A stretch of 64,000 nt of DNA from an uncultured Mycoplasmatota bacterium. GTDB taxonomy: Bacteria > Bacillota_I > Bacilli_A > RF39 > UBA660. Shown one piece after another: positions 23,065 through 33,605 of this stretch; within the stretch, counting starts at the first letter, position 1, and every line of letters begins with the position of its first letter. Made by a program: the position numbers and the translations under genes. The notes beneath the pieces are model-generated. The model saw only the letters and a list, made by a program, of their open reading frames with translations. It did not search any database and was not told the origin of the DNA. The stretch is taken from the NCBI GenBank assembly GCA_900546715.1, contig UREA01000004.1, forward strand, positions 7,395 through 71,394, in the 5' to 3' direction.

Positions 23065-24630
23065 TTATTTTGCTTCTTCTTGAACTCTAGTTTCTCTAAT
23101 TACTGTTATTTTAATAGTACCAGGATATTGCATTTCACTCTCAATTTGTTCTTTGATATCCCGAGCCATTTTATAACTTTTAGCATCATCAACTTCTTCA
23201 GGTTTGACAATAACCCTAAGTTCACGACCAGCTTGCATTGCAAATGTTTTTTCAACACCTTCATAAGAGTTACCTATTTCTTCAAGTTGTTCTAATCTCT
23301 TAATGTAATTTTCTAAAGTATCATTTCTAGCACCAGGTCTTGCCGCAGAAAGTGTATCTGCAACAGCTACTAAAACGGCAATTGTTGTTTTAGGTTCTGT
23401 ATCACCATGATGCGATGCAATAGCATCAAGCACTACATCAGGTTCATGATGTTTTTTAGCAAAATCTAATCCCACTTCAACATGTGAGCCTTCAACTTCA
23501 AAATCAATAGCTTTACCAATATCATGAAGTAAACCAGCTCTTTTAGCAAGAGTTATATTTTCTCCAAGTTCGGCTGCCATTAAACCAGTAAGGTTAGCAA
23601 CTTCAATAGAATGTTGTAAAGCATTTTGACCATAGCTTGATCTAAAGTTAAGCTTACCAACTAAAGTAACCAATTCTGGATCCATTTTAGCAATACCTAA
23701 ATCATTAATAGTTTGATTACCTATTTGAATAATTCTCGCATTAACATCTTTTACGGTCTTGTCATAAATTTCTTCAATTCTACCAGGATGAATTCTACCA
23801 TCCTTAATTAAAGATTCAATAGTAAGTTTTGCTATTTCTCTTCTTAACGGATCAAATGAAGAAATTGCTATTGCTTCAGGTGTATCATCAATTATTAAAT
23901 CAACACCAGTAACTGATTCAATTGTTCTAATATTTCTTCCTTCGCGTCCGATGAGTCTACCTTTCATATCATCATTAGGTAGGCTTATAGTACTAACTGT
24001 TTGAAGTCCCACAACATCATCAGAGTATCTCTCCATACTACTAATAATCATTTGTTTAGCTATTTCATGAGCTTCTAACTTAGCTTTAGCCTCAGCATCT
24101 TTAATGTAATTAGTAATTTCAAGTTCCATATCTTGTTCTACTCTCTCCATTATAGCTGCCTTAGCTTTTTCTTTGCTATACTTAGCAATACTTTCAAGTT
24201 TTGCTACTTCTTCTTTAAGTAGCGTATCCATTTTTTCCTCTTTTTCTTGTAAATTTTTTTGTTTAGCTAATAAATCATTTTCTTTGTCTTGTAATAAATT
24301 ATCTCTATTTTGTAACATTTCTTCTCTTTTATCTAAGTTGTTTTCTCTAGTTAATAATCTATCTTCACTTTGTAAAAGTTCGGCTTTTTTAGCCTTTATT
24401 TCCGCATCAGTTTCTTGTTTTAAACGAAAACTTTCTTGCTTTAATTCTGATAAAGCATCTCTTTTACTTTTTTCCGCTTCTAACTTAGCGGCTTCAATTA
24501 ATTTATTAGCTTTACTTACTGCTCGTGATGCTCTAATTGTAAAAACAATCCATATAATAACACCACCCAGCAAAATTCCAACAATAAGAGTCAAAATGGC
24601 AATCAAAACATTATCCATTTTTTCCTCCAA
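23065..24630 (-). CDS. rny: Ribonuclease Y
   Basis: N-terminal TM, long coiled coil, KH domain (GREGRNIRTIESVTGV) and HD domain (HSIEVANL...LLHDIGKA); 521 aa. Confidence 0.95.
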   Translation of the reverse strand: MEEKMDNVLIAILTLIVGILLGGVIIWIVFTIRASRAVSKANKLIEAAKLEAEKSKRDALSELKQESFRLKQETDAEIKAKKAELLQSEDRLLTRENNLDKREEMLQNRDNLLQDKENDLLAKQKNLQEKEEKMDTLLKEEVAKLESIAKYSKEKAKAAIMERVEQDMELEITNYIKDAEAKAKLEAHEIAKQMIISSMERYSDDVVGLQTVSTISLPNDDMKGRLIGREGRNIRTIESVTGVDLIIDDTPEAIAISSFDPLRREIAKLTIESLIKDGRIHPGRIEEIYDKTVKDVNARIIQIGNQTINDLGIAKMDPELVTLVGKLNFRSSYGQNALQHSIEVANLTGLMAAELGENITLAKRAGLLHDIGKAIDFEVEGSHVEVGLDFAKKHHEPDVVLDAIASHHGDTEPKTTIAVLVAVADTLSAARPGARNDTLENYIKRLEQLEEIGNSYEGVEKTFAMQAGRELRVIVKPEEVDDAKSYKMARDIKEQIESEMQYPGTIKITVIRETRVQEEAK

Positions 24631-24748
24631 CTTTCTATAGAATATATATAATTTATTGTTAAATATATTTATATCTACAATTTAATTATAAAATTAATTC
24701 CCAAAATAATCAAGTAGTTTTTACAAATATGAAAAAAAGCTAGGTATT

Positions 24749-25171
24749 CTAGCTATTTAATTCTATTATTTCTTCTTTAGTCATATAAACTATTCGCTCT
24801 TCATTTATAATATTATTATTTTGATAATCATGATATTCTTTTAACAAGTCATTAAGTTTTTTTGAAGATAATGTATCCTTAGTTCTTCTGAATTTTGACA
24901 ACATTGTACAATTTTCTATAGTTAATTTTGTATTTAATTGAGCATAACTATCTTCATATAAAACAGTTTCTTTTGGATTTTCTGAATTAATAAAATAGTT
25001 ATATTTATGATACAAATTGTGTAATTTTCCGGCTGTTTTATCAATTGCTATTATTTCAATATAATTATCTTTAATATCCGCAATTAACATTGGATGTTCA
25101 ATACTAGCAACTTGATCTATTTGATATCTCACTTTCAACCACAATATTTGCCCCACTTTTAAATCATTCAT
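24749..25171 (-). CDS. Putative toxin partner of the Panacea-domain protein (uncharacterized 140-aa protein)
   Basis: Translationally coupled (ATGA overlap) to the upstream Panacea gene. No recognizable domain; the N-terminus has a weak PemK/SH3-like pattern VGQILWLKV...HPMLIADIKDNYIEII. Confidence 0.4.
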   Translation of the reverse strand: MNDLKVGQILWLKVRYQIDQVASIEHPMLIADIKDNYIEIIAIDKTAGKLHNLYHKYNYFINSENPKETVLYEDSYAQLNTKLTIENCTMLSKFRRTKDTLSSKKLNDLLKEYHDYQNNNIINEERIVYMTKEEIIELNS

Positions 25172-25650
25172 AATTTTAATGCTTCTATTAATCCTTTATA
25201 TCTTTTTTTGTATTCAGCAATGTTGTCCTCAATATTCATTATAGGTGCATTATATGTATTATTGCTTAATTTCTGCCATGTTGGATCTTCATGAGTAATT
25301 TCAATTAATTCATCAAATGTAGCATTCTCTAAAGATATATATATCTTATCTAAAAATTGCTTGTCGGAATCATTTATGTTAACCATACTATTTTGATTAA
25401 TCATTAACCCATATGATTTTACAATATCTTCAATTACTGGACCATTATCATATGCTTTAAAATCATCCTTAAATAATCTTTTATTATATAATGCCAAATA
25501 TACAACTTGAGCTAAAAATAAATATTTATTAATTCTTATATTACCTTCATATGATTTTCTACCATTATAAACAACTACATTTTTGTTGAACAATTTTCGC
25601 TTTGAGTCTTTAGATAAAAAATACATAGCCACATCTTTAGCACTCAACAT
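25168..25650 (-). CDS. Panacea-domain (DUF4065, SocA/GepA-like) protein, putative antitoxin
   Basis: ..NIRINKYLFLAQVVYLALYNKRLF...FKAYDNGPVIEDIV matches the Panacea signature (KLxKLLYxAQ ... GPV). GAGGTGA RBS 7 nt upstream of the start. Confidence 0.6.
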   Translation of the reverse strand: MLSAKDVAMYFLSKDSKRKLFNKNVVVYNGRKSYEGNIRINKYLFLAQVVYLALYNKRLFKDDFKAYDNGPVIEDIVKSYGLMINQNSMVNINDSDKQFLDKIYISLENATFDELIEITHEDPTWQKLSNNTYNAPIMNIEDNIAEYKKRYKGLIEALKL

Positions 25651-25671
25651 AATATATCACCTCGCACTAAT

Positions 25672-25700
25672 ATAATATAATATTTAATGATTTTTTGCAA
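25672..25700 (-). promoter_or_regulatory. Putative sigma-A-type promoter for the Panacea pair
   Basis: Minus strand TTGCAA-N17-TATTAT, about 20 nt upstream of the RBS/ATG. Confidence 0.3.
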
Positions 25701-25900
25701 CATAATTGCTTAACTAATTTACTGAATTAATCATTAAATAAAAAAACTATTTCTATTTACAACACACATCAAGAAAAGATTTTCTATATTCAGTTGTTTT
25801 AAAATTTTCAATTTTAAAATTAACTAACATAAATATCCCCTCATATATAATATATACTGAAAGCAGCAGAAAACCAACAAATTGCGTTTTTTTCGTAAAT

Positions 25901-27226
25901 TTATTGATTTTCAGCAAGATTTATTCTTTGTGTTTTTTTAAGTAAAGTTTTTATCTTACTATACCCTATATATAATCCAATTGCAATAATAATAAATCTT
26001 ATTGGAAATAAAGTAATTGCATATCTCTCATAAGCAAAAGCCACACAATATAATATTATTTGTAATATATAAAATATCATTAAAAAAGCATATTCTAATA
26101 AATTAGTTCTATATATTAAAATTAAAATTGATGATATTAAAAATAATACTAAATCAATAATTCTAAATGCTAAATTAACTTTAATATCTATATTAAATAC
26201 TTCTTCCCAATAAAAACTAGAATATAACATTATTTTAGGCTTAAAAATTAAATAAGATTTTATAAAAGAAACTTTATCGGCTTTCCACCATTCACTAATT
26301 CTATATTTGGCTTTCAATTTATCATACTCTAAAGAATAATAAACTTTATATTTATCTCTAGGGGAATCTTCACTTAAATAATATTGCATTTCTTTAGGCA
26401 TTGAATCATTCAACACTTCATAATTTAGTTCTTCATCTAATGGATAACCACTACCTTGATAGGTTCCTAATAATAAAGGATTACCAGATCCATAAGTAAG
26501 TGGAATAAACATATCAAAAGTTTTATAATTTCGGTATATCCATGGAATTAAACTAATAATTACAACTGATATTCCAAGAATTGTTTTTTTTAATAATTCC
26601 TTAATATTATATTTTTGTATCAACAAACATATTAATAAAGCAATAGGAAATACTATTATATTTGGTCTAATATATATAGCTATAATAAAATAGAGTAACA
26701 TTAAATAAAAGTCTTTATTACGATGATTCCTTAAAAATAATAAAGAATAATATATTAATAACAACATAAATAAAATAAATGGTGTTTCTGTAAGTATTAA
26801 ATTATTCATCCATATATAGTCGGGAGCAATAAAAAATAAACTAACAATACTTGCAATATATTTATTAGAAAATAATAACGCAATTTTATAAAAAATAATT
26901 ACAGTAACAATAAATAATATTGCATAAAATATTTTTAACGCAAGTATTAATGTTGCACCAATACCAAACAGAAAACAAAACATAGCAATAATAATAGGTA
27001 AACCTGGCATTATTTGAGCTGATGTTACCCCATGCATGGTAATTTTCCCCTCTTCATAAAGGGTAATACCGCTGTTAATATAACTTAAATCATCACTATT
27101 GATTGTATAATCATAACCTAAATCAATAATTGATAATACTTTTATCACTATCAACAAAAGTATTATCAAAGAAAACAACCAATGTGATTTTACAATTTTT
27201 AATACTTTCATAGTTCCTACAATCAT
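25901..27226 (-). CDS. Polytopic membrane glycosyltransferase, GT-C fold (PMT/ArnT-like, family 39/83-like)
   Basis: 441 aa, ~11 TM helices with loop motifs resembling ArnT/PMT-type GT-C enzymes. First gene of the cell-wall polysaccharide locus. Confidence 0.5.
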   Translation of the reverse strand: MIVGTMKVLKIVKSHWLFSLIILLLIVIKVLSIIDLGYDYTINSDDLSYINSGITLYEEGKITMHGVTSAQIMPGLPIIIAMFCFLFGIGATLILALKIFYAILFIVTVIIFYKIALLFSNKYIASIVSLFFIAPDYIWMNNLILTETPFILFMLLLIYYSLLFLRNHRNKDFYLMLLYFIIAIYIRPNIIVFPIALLICLLIQKYNIKELLKKTILGISVVIISLIPWIYRNYKTFDMFIPLTYGSGNPLLLGTYQGSGYPLDEELNYEVLNDSMPKEMQYYLSEDSPRDKYKVYYSLEYDKLKAKYRISEWWKADKVSFIKSYLIFKPKIMLYSSFYWEEVFNIDIKVNLAFRIIDLVLFLISSILILIYRTNLLEYAFLMIFYILQIILYCVAFAYERYAITLFPIRFIIIAIGLYIGYSKIKTLLKKTQRINLAENQ

Positions 27227-27229
27227 CCT

Positions 27230-29260
27230 TTATTTCTTTATCTTAAACATAAATTTAACATTACTATTCCAAAATCTTTTTAATCTCTTAGGTTCAGTAA
27301 TTATCCTATAAAACCATTCTAAATTAAGTTTAATAAATATCTTTGGTGCTCGCATTTTAGCTCCACTTAAAACATCAAAAGAGCCACCTACTCCAATATA
27401 TATACCTTTTTTAGCTTTATCAAAATACTTATAAATTAATTTCTCTTGATTAGGTATACCTAAAGCTACCATACATATATCAGGATTTAATTTAATTATA
27501 TCTTCCATTATTTTATCTTTATCATCAACATAACCATTACTAAATCCAAGTAACTTAATATTTTTATATTCTTTTTTTATTTTTTCCACTAACGCTTGAA
27601 TAACCTCTTCTTTAGCTCCAAATAAATACATTGAATATTTATTTGTATTAGCAACATTCAACAAGTGTTCTGTAATATCAATACCTGTAATTCTTTCAGG
27701 TATTGATATATTTATTTTTCTTGCAACTTTTACAACTGCAATACCATCAGGAACAAAACTATAATTACCATCTAAAATATTTTTTAACTCTTTATCTTTT
27801 TCACTCATCATTAATGTTTCCGGATTAACAGTAATTATAAATCTTTTATTTTTATTTTTTAAATCCTTATCTAATTCATCAAAGTATTCATTTTTACTTT
27901 TACTATATAGTTTTTTTAAATATTCTTGCATAATTTCACCGTATTTATATCTACTATTATTGTTAATTAAAAACATAAATAATATACCTAAATATATACT
28001 ACAAGAAGGATAACCGATTATATGTCCCGACAAAAAAGATAACATTAAAAGAAACAATATGGTAAAACTAGCAATAATATTATCTATAGTTTTAAAACAA
28101 TATTTTAAAACTAATTTAATCATAAGAACTAAAGGAATCAACAAAACTAATACACCTAAAATACCATAATGAAATAATATATCTAAAAAATCTATCTCAG
28201 CATACAAAATAATATTACAATTATTAATTTGATTATTGTTAGTAAACCCGATTCCAAAAAATTTATTTTCTAAAGTTGAATCTTTATATATATTATATAA
28301 AGTATATGCTTTATTTTCCCTACCATTCAATAAACCATGAATGACTTTTTCTACTATTTCATTATTTACAACACTAGAAAAGCGATAATATTTCCCACAA
28401 GATTCATTTTGTAAATTTTTATTTATATTATCATTCTTTTTTACTTCTTTTATAGGATTATCGTTTCCAGTTACATTATTAGAAACATTATTCGTAGTTG
28501 GAGCAACAAAGGTTAATAAAATAAGTAAACAAAACACTATTAATGAAGAATAACACATAAATTTGTTTTTTCTATTTTTAACAAAATAAATAATTGTAAT
28601 AAATAACATTAATATTATTATACCAAACCAACTAACTTTAGTGCCTATCATAAAAATACTAAATATTATAGGTATAAGTAATAAAATTAATTTTCTATTA
28701 CTATTTTCTAGTTTTATAAAGAAGCTTGAAAATAGCATTAAAATAATAGCTCCAATTTCATTACCAGAGTAAAACCAACCTATGGTACCTATAGAATTTA
28801 ATCTTAAAGGATATGTAGGAAATCCTGTATTAGTAATTATTGGAATAATTAATAATACAGTATAAATTAGTAAAGTATAAAATAAAATATTATTATAGAA
28901 ATCCTTTTTAAATTTGAAATCTTCAGATATACATAAAAATGCCAATATAATAAATCCTGTAAATAAGAATTTAAATAAGCCAACTAACTCCGCAAATAAA
29001 TTAGATTCTGTAAAAATATATGTTTTGGTTAAAAAGAAACCTATAACATATATAAAACATATAACCCAATATATTATATTTAACTTACGATACTTATTTT
29101 TACTAAAAAATAAAATATAAAAAATTAAAAATATACATAATAAAGCTTTATAAATAATGCCTAAAGATATTGGCATAAAGGAATATCTAGCATTTAAAGC
29201 AGTAATTAAATCAACAAACGGTAATAAAAGTAATACAATTAAACTAATTTTTTCCTTCAT
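27230..29260 (-). CDS. Fusion: polytopic O-antigen-polymerase/ligase-like membrane domain + TagA/WecG (GT26) N-acetylmannosaminyltransferase domain
   Basis: The C-terminal ~230 aa (..VPDGIAVVKVARKINISIPERITGIDI...GVGGSFDVLSGAKMRAPKIFIKLNLEWFYRI..) is the WecB/TagA/CpsF fold. The N-terminal ~440 aa has about 12 TM helices and is paralogous to the N-terminus of 36050..38467. Start set at MKEK (29260). Confidence 0.7.
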   Translation of the reverse strand: MKEKISLIVLLLLPFVDLITALNARYSFMPISLGIIYKALLCIFLIFYILFFSKNKYRKLNIIYWVICFIYVIGFFLTKTYIFTESNLFAELVGLFKFLFTGFIILAFLCISEDFKFKKDFYNNILFYTLLIYTVLLIIPIITNTGFPTYPLRLNSIGTIGWFYSGNEIGAIILMLFSSFFIKLENSNRKLILLLIPIIFSIFMIGTKVSWFGIIILMLFITIIYFVKNRKNKFMCYSSLIVFCLLILLTFVAPTTNNVSNNVTGNDNPIKEVKKNDNINKNLQNESCGKYYRFSSVVNNEIVEKVIHGLLNGRENKAYTLYNIYKDSTLENKFFGIGFTNNNQINNCNIILYAEIDFLDILFHYGILGVLVLLIPLVLMIKLVLKYCFKTIDNIIASFTILFLLMLSFLSGHIIGYPSCSIYLGILFMFLINNNSRYKYGEIMQEYLKKLYSKSKNEYFDELDKDLKNKNKRFIITVNPETLMMSEKDKELKNILDGNYSFVPDGIAVVKVARKINISIPERITGIDITEHLLNVANTNKYSMYLFGAKEEVIQALVEKIKKEYKNIKLLGFSNGYVDDKDKIMEDIIKLNPDICMVALGIPNQEKLIYKYFDKAKKGIYIGVGGSFDVLSGAKMRAPKIFIKLNLEWFYRIITEPKRLKRFWNSNVKFMFKIKK

Positions 29261-29699
29261 TATAAACACCTGGTATTGGTATTTGATCAACACCATTTAT
29301 TGGCTCTTGCAGTTTTAAATCTTCTTTTATTTTTGTTGTCGATATTCCTTCAGTTCTATCTAAATATACTACTTCACAGTAATCTTGTAAATAATTAAAT
29401 TTATCACTTCCGGCCCAATCTGATCCCATAACAACTATATCAACTTCATATTTTTCCACATCATTTATTTTTTGTTCCCAATTTTCCTCTGGAATTACTA
29501 AATCAACATATCTTATTGCTTCTAGCATCTTTTTCCTTGTTTCATAATTATGATATGCTTTTTTTCCTTTTATTTCATTAAATTCATCAGTTGATAATGC
29601 TACTATTAAATAATCTCCCAAAGCTTTTGCTCTTTGTAATAATCTAATATGTCCATAATGTAATAAATCAAATGTCCCATATGTTAATATTCTCTTCAT
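29244..29699 (-). CDS. tagD: Glycerol-3-phosphate cytidylyltransferase
   Basis: MKRILTYGTFDLLHYGHIRLLQRAK (HxGH motif), 151 aa. Confidence 0.9.
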   Translation of the reverse strand: MKRILTYGTFDLLHYGHIRLLQRAKALGDYLIVALSTDEFNEIKGKKAYHNYETRKKMLEAIRYVDLVIPEENWEQKINDVEKYEVDIVVMGSDWAGSDKFNYLQDYCEVVYLDRTEGISTTKIKEDLKLQEPINGVDQIPIPGVYNEGKN

Positions 29700-30436
29700 T
29701 CTACCTCCATAAATTTTTTATATTTATTAATAATTACTTCTGGTTTCCCTCTATCTACTATTTCTCCATCATTAAGCCAAATAGCTTCATCACATAACTC
29801 CTTAATTGTTCCTAAACTATGAGAAACTATAACAACAGTTCTTTTTTCATCAGATATCAATTCTTTCATTTTATTATAACTTTTTTCTTTGAATTTAGCA
29901 TCTCCAACAGATAAAACTTCATCTATTAAAATAATATCAGTTTCAAGTATTGCTGTTATTGCAAAGGCAAGTTTCGAATACATTCCTGAAGAATATGTTT
30001 TAACTGGTTTATAAATAAATTTACCAATATCTGCAAATTCTATTATATCTTTTTCTTTATTTTTTATTTCTTCTTCACTAAAACCTAAAAGCATTCCTGA
30101 TAAATAAATATTTTCATATCCAGTTAATTTATTATTAAAACCTACTCCAATAGATAATAGTGATACAGAATTATTATGTAAATTAATACTGCCTTTATCT
30201 GGTGAAAAAATTCCCGCAATAGCTCGAAGTAACGTTGATTTTCCACTACCATTTTTTCCTATAATTCCGAGTATCTTTCCTTCTTCTACTTCAAAACTAA
30301 CCCCTTTTAGTGCTTCAAATTCTTCAACCTTTTTTTTCTTTTTACTCCAAGATGCTCTTATTGATGTCTTATCTAATTCCTGGTATACTATGTGTAAGTT
30401 TTTAACCGTAATTGCAATATTTTTTTTATTTTCCAT
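29696..30436 (-). CDS. tagH: Teichoic-acid/polysaccharide ABC exporter ATP-binding protein (TagH-like)
   Basis: Walker A GKNGSGKST, ABC signature SSGMYSKL, Walker B ILLIDEVL. Confidence 0.8.
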   Translation of the reverse strand: MENKKNIAITVKNLHIVYQELDKTSIRASWSKKKKKVEEFEALKGVSFEVEEGKILGIIGKNGSGKSTLLRAIAGIFSPDKGSINLHNNSVSLLSIGVGFNNKLTGYENIYLSGMLLGFSEEEIKNKEKDIIEFADIGKFIYKPVKTYSSGMYSKLAFAITAILETDIILIDEVLSVGDAKFKEKSYNKMKELISDEKRTVVIVSHSLGTIKELCDEAIWLNDGEIVDRGKPEVIINKYKKFMEVE

Positions 30437-31227
30437 TATATCACCTTTGCATAACTATTTTCACTTTTATGAATAATTTTGATACCTATAATATTTATAA
30501 TTATTCCAACCCCTAGCCAAAATAATAGTCCTTCAAAACTAGGTAATTTAGCTTCTAACAAAACTTTACGAAGTTCATCCATACAAAAGGCAATAGGATT
30601 TGCTCTCAACAAAATAAATTGTAATGTTCCATCCAGTTTTTCTCTAATATTGTAAAATATACCAGATAAATAAAAGACCATTCTTAACCCTATTTTAGTT
30701 AAATTAGCTAAATCATTAAACAAAACACCATAATGCATCAATATCATACCAATACCAAAACATAATATATATAAGACTATAATTATTGGTATTGTAAATA
30801 ATATATGCCAAGTAATAGGTACACCTTGAAACAACATTAATATAAAAGCAATAATAAGAGAAATAAACATTTTAAACAAATAAGTATATGATTTAGATAA
30901 CAATAATATATATTTAGGAATATATACTTTAGTTACTAATCCTCTATTGTTAGTTATTAATTTAACACTTCCCGAAATCATTCGATTAAAAAATTCCCAT
31001 GCAGCAAGTCCAATAAATACAAATGAAGCAAAATATGGCGTATCATTAGTAAAAATCACACTAAAAATAAAGGTGTAAATTAACATAAAACACAATGGTT
31101 CTATAATCCACCATAACCAATTTAAATAAGAACCCGCTACTTCACTTTTTAACTCAGCTTTAGCAGATCTTATAGCATACTTATTATATTTTTTTATATT
31201 TTTAAAAAATAATTTAATGTTTTTCAT
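30436..31227 (-). CDS. tagG: ABC-2 type exporter permease (TagG-like)
   Basis: 263 aa, six TM helices. Coupled to the ATPase gene. Confidence 0.75.
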   Translation of the reverse strand: MKNIKLFFKNIKKYNKYAIRSAKAELKSEVAGSYLNWLWWIIEPLCFMLIYTFIFSVIFTNDTPYFASFVFIGLAAWEFFNRMISGSVKLITNNRGLVTKVYIPKYILLLSKSYTYLFKMFISLIIAFILMLFQGVPITWHILFTIPIIIVLYILCFGIGMILMHYGVLFNDLANLTKIGLRMVFYLSGIFYNIREKLDGTLQFILLRANPIAFCMDELRKVLLEAKLPSFEGLLFWLGVGIIINIIGIKIIHKSENSYAKVI

Positions 31228-31322
31228 TACTACAACCTCTATTTTATTTTAACAAATATAATGGGCAAAGTCTATAATTTATCAAAAAAATAGATTTGTC
31301 AAACAAATCTATTCTCCAACAA

Positions 31323-33593
31323 CTAGTTATCATCATTAATAAATTCAATAAATTTTTCTGTAACTACTTTTCTTGAATATTTTTTTTCTATTTCTTCGTA
31401 ATTATTAACCAGTTCTTTTTTTGTAGTTTTATATAATTTGTTTATTTTTTCAGTTAAGTCTTCGTATGACTCAATATAACAATTAGGTATATTGTTCATT
31501 ACTTCTAAAGAACCAGGATTTTTCTTACAAAAAACCTTTTTTCCATTTAAAATAGCTTCAAAATAAGTCATACCAAAACTATGATTAATTGAAAAGTCTA
31601 TCATAACATCGTGCTTATTAAGTTCGCCCCTTACATTTTGAGTTACTCCTTTATAACGAATTATATCATATAAATCATTATCAACTAATTCATTTAAAAA
31701 CTCATCAACGTAATCTCCACCACCAAAAACATCAATTACTAAATTATTAATATTATTTTCTTTCAAATATTTACCATAATTAATTAAATTTTGCAAATCA
31801 TCAATTCTATCTCTGTTTACTCTAACTAAATATATTCCTAAATAAACTTTTTTCTTTTTTATTTTTCTTATTTGTGACTTATCAATAATCTTATAACTCT
31901 CCAACGTATTACCGGAAATTAAAAATTTTTCATAATTATTGTAATTATATTTTTTTTCAATTGCAATTCTATTTTGTTCGGTTACAAATACTGCTTTAGG
32001 TATTCTTGTTTTTTTTATTTGTTCCATAGCACCTGGAAAAACACTATCCATCACATCAGCTAAGCAATGAAAAAAATAGATTTTATTTTTTACAAAGGGG
32101 GAAGTACAGTCATTTAAAAATAAATGTAAACTTTCCCTTGTAGATATTAAAGTTTTCGTTTTTATATTTTTCATTAACTTTGTCAATTGATAACCACAAT
32201 AAGGATGTAACAAATTCATATTATAATCATATTTTAAATAACTAAAATTTCTTTTAAAGTTATGAATATTTCTCAATAATTTTTCTTTTAATGATTTTGT
32301 TTTTTTAAAAAACAAATAATTAAGATTTAAAGCACATGGCATATTTTGTGATTTCTCTGCCCTCTTTAAAGACAATAATTCTACTAAATATCCTTTTTCC
32401 AACAACCCTTCAGCCAAAGCTCTAGTAGCATTTACAGTGCCACCAACACCATAAAAATTATATCCAATAAATGTTATCTTATTATTTTGAATATTGTAAA
32501 AATAATCATAAATACGGTCTATGTGTTTACCTTGTTTAATATAATTATAATTTATTTTTTTAGGCAAACGTTTTTTAAAAAAATCATTAACTGCATAATC
32601 TTCACTTAATATAGAATTTATAAGATCTTTAGAATCTGTAATATTAAACTCATTCAATTCATCTATACTGCAATATGTTTTTCTCTTTTTTAAATAACTA
32701 TCTAAATCCGGTTGAAATAAAATAACGGGTTTATTTAAAAATGCAAAATCAAAGCCAACAGAAGAATAATCCGTAATTAGTAACTTGCTACTTGCCAATT
32801 CATCCATTACATCCACTTCATTTTGTGAAACGAATTTTATAAAATTTGAATTAAGATGATTTATTTCATCAATTACTTCATTTAAAAATTTGTCTTTAAA
32901 AAAAGAATGTACACAAATTTTAAGAACAATATTTTTTTCTGTCAAATACTTTAATAATTCTTTGGAAAAAACAACTTGTTTAATTTTTTTTATAAATATT
33001 TTAGTATCAATATTATCACCAAAATACTCTCTCCATGTCATAAACCATAAAATTTGATTTTAGTCATTGTATTTTTCCTCTTTTTTTAATAACTCTATAT
33101 ATCTAGGAAAATACTCTGCATAAAACAATTGATAATCTTTAAATTTATTACATTTTATTAAATCGTTTTTTATTAATGGATTATAATAACAAAATCTAAA
33201 CATATTATTATTATAGGATTGTCCTGTATATCCTAACTGTTTAATTGCTGTTATACCATGTTGTAAATAAATTGTAGTTTTTTTTACTTTTAAAATGATC
33301 TTTTTTCCAAGAAATTTATTAGGAACTACATCCAAGTATGATAAAGTAACAAAAAACATGTCTGAAGAAAAATACATTTTATAATGTTTTAAACTATTTC
33401 TCCACAAAATTAATTTCTTTAAATTATTAGGAAGACTTTTATAAAATTCTTTATTATTTTTATTTTTTTCCATAACAAAATATTTTTCAACATTATCATC
33501 TTTTTCGACTATATGTTTCCAATAATAATAAGAATTATTATTATGAGTCCTCCCCTCGTTTTCACCTATTAACCATATAAACTTACTATTCAT
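31323..33593 (-). pseudogene. CDP-glycerol glycerophosphotransferase (TagF-like) + GT4 fusion split by one in-frame TAA (33060-33062)
   Basis: ORFs 33060..33593 (TagF N-terminal part, WLIGENEG..) and 31323..33041 (TagF C-terminal part with LITDYSSVGFDFAFLNKPVILF, then a GT-B domain ITFIGYNFYGVGGTV...) share one frame. They are separated by 18 nt with a single stop. Confidence 0.55.
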
Positions 33594-33605
33594 ATTTAAT
33601 ACACC

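Noticed and set aside
24173-24640. 155-aa plus-strand ORF (Ser/Leu-rich) inside rny
   Set aside because: It is antisense to the RNase Y coiled-coil region and its low-complexity composition mirrors the Lys/Glu-rich sense strand.
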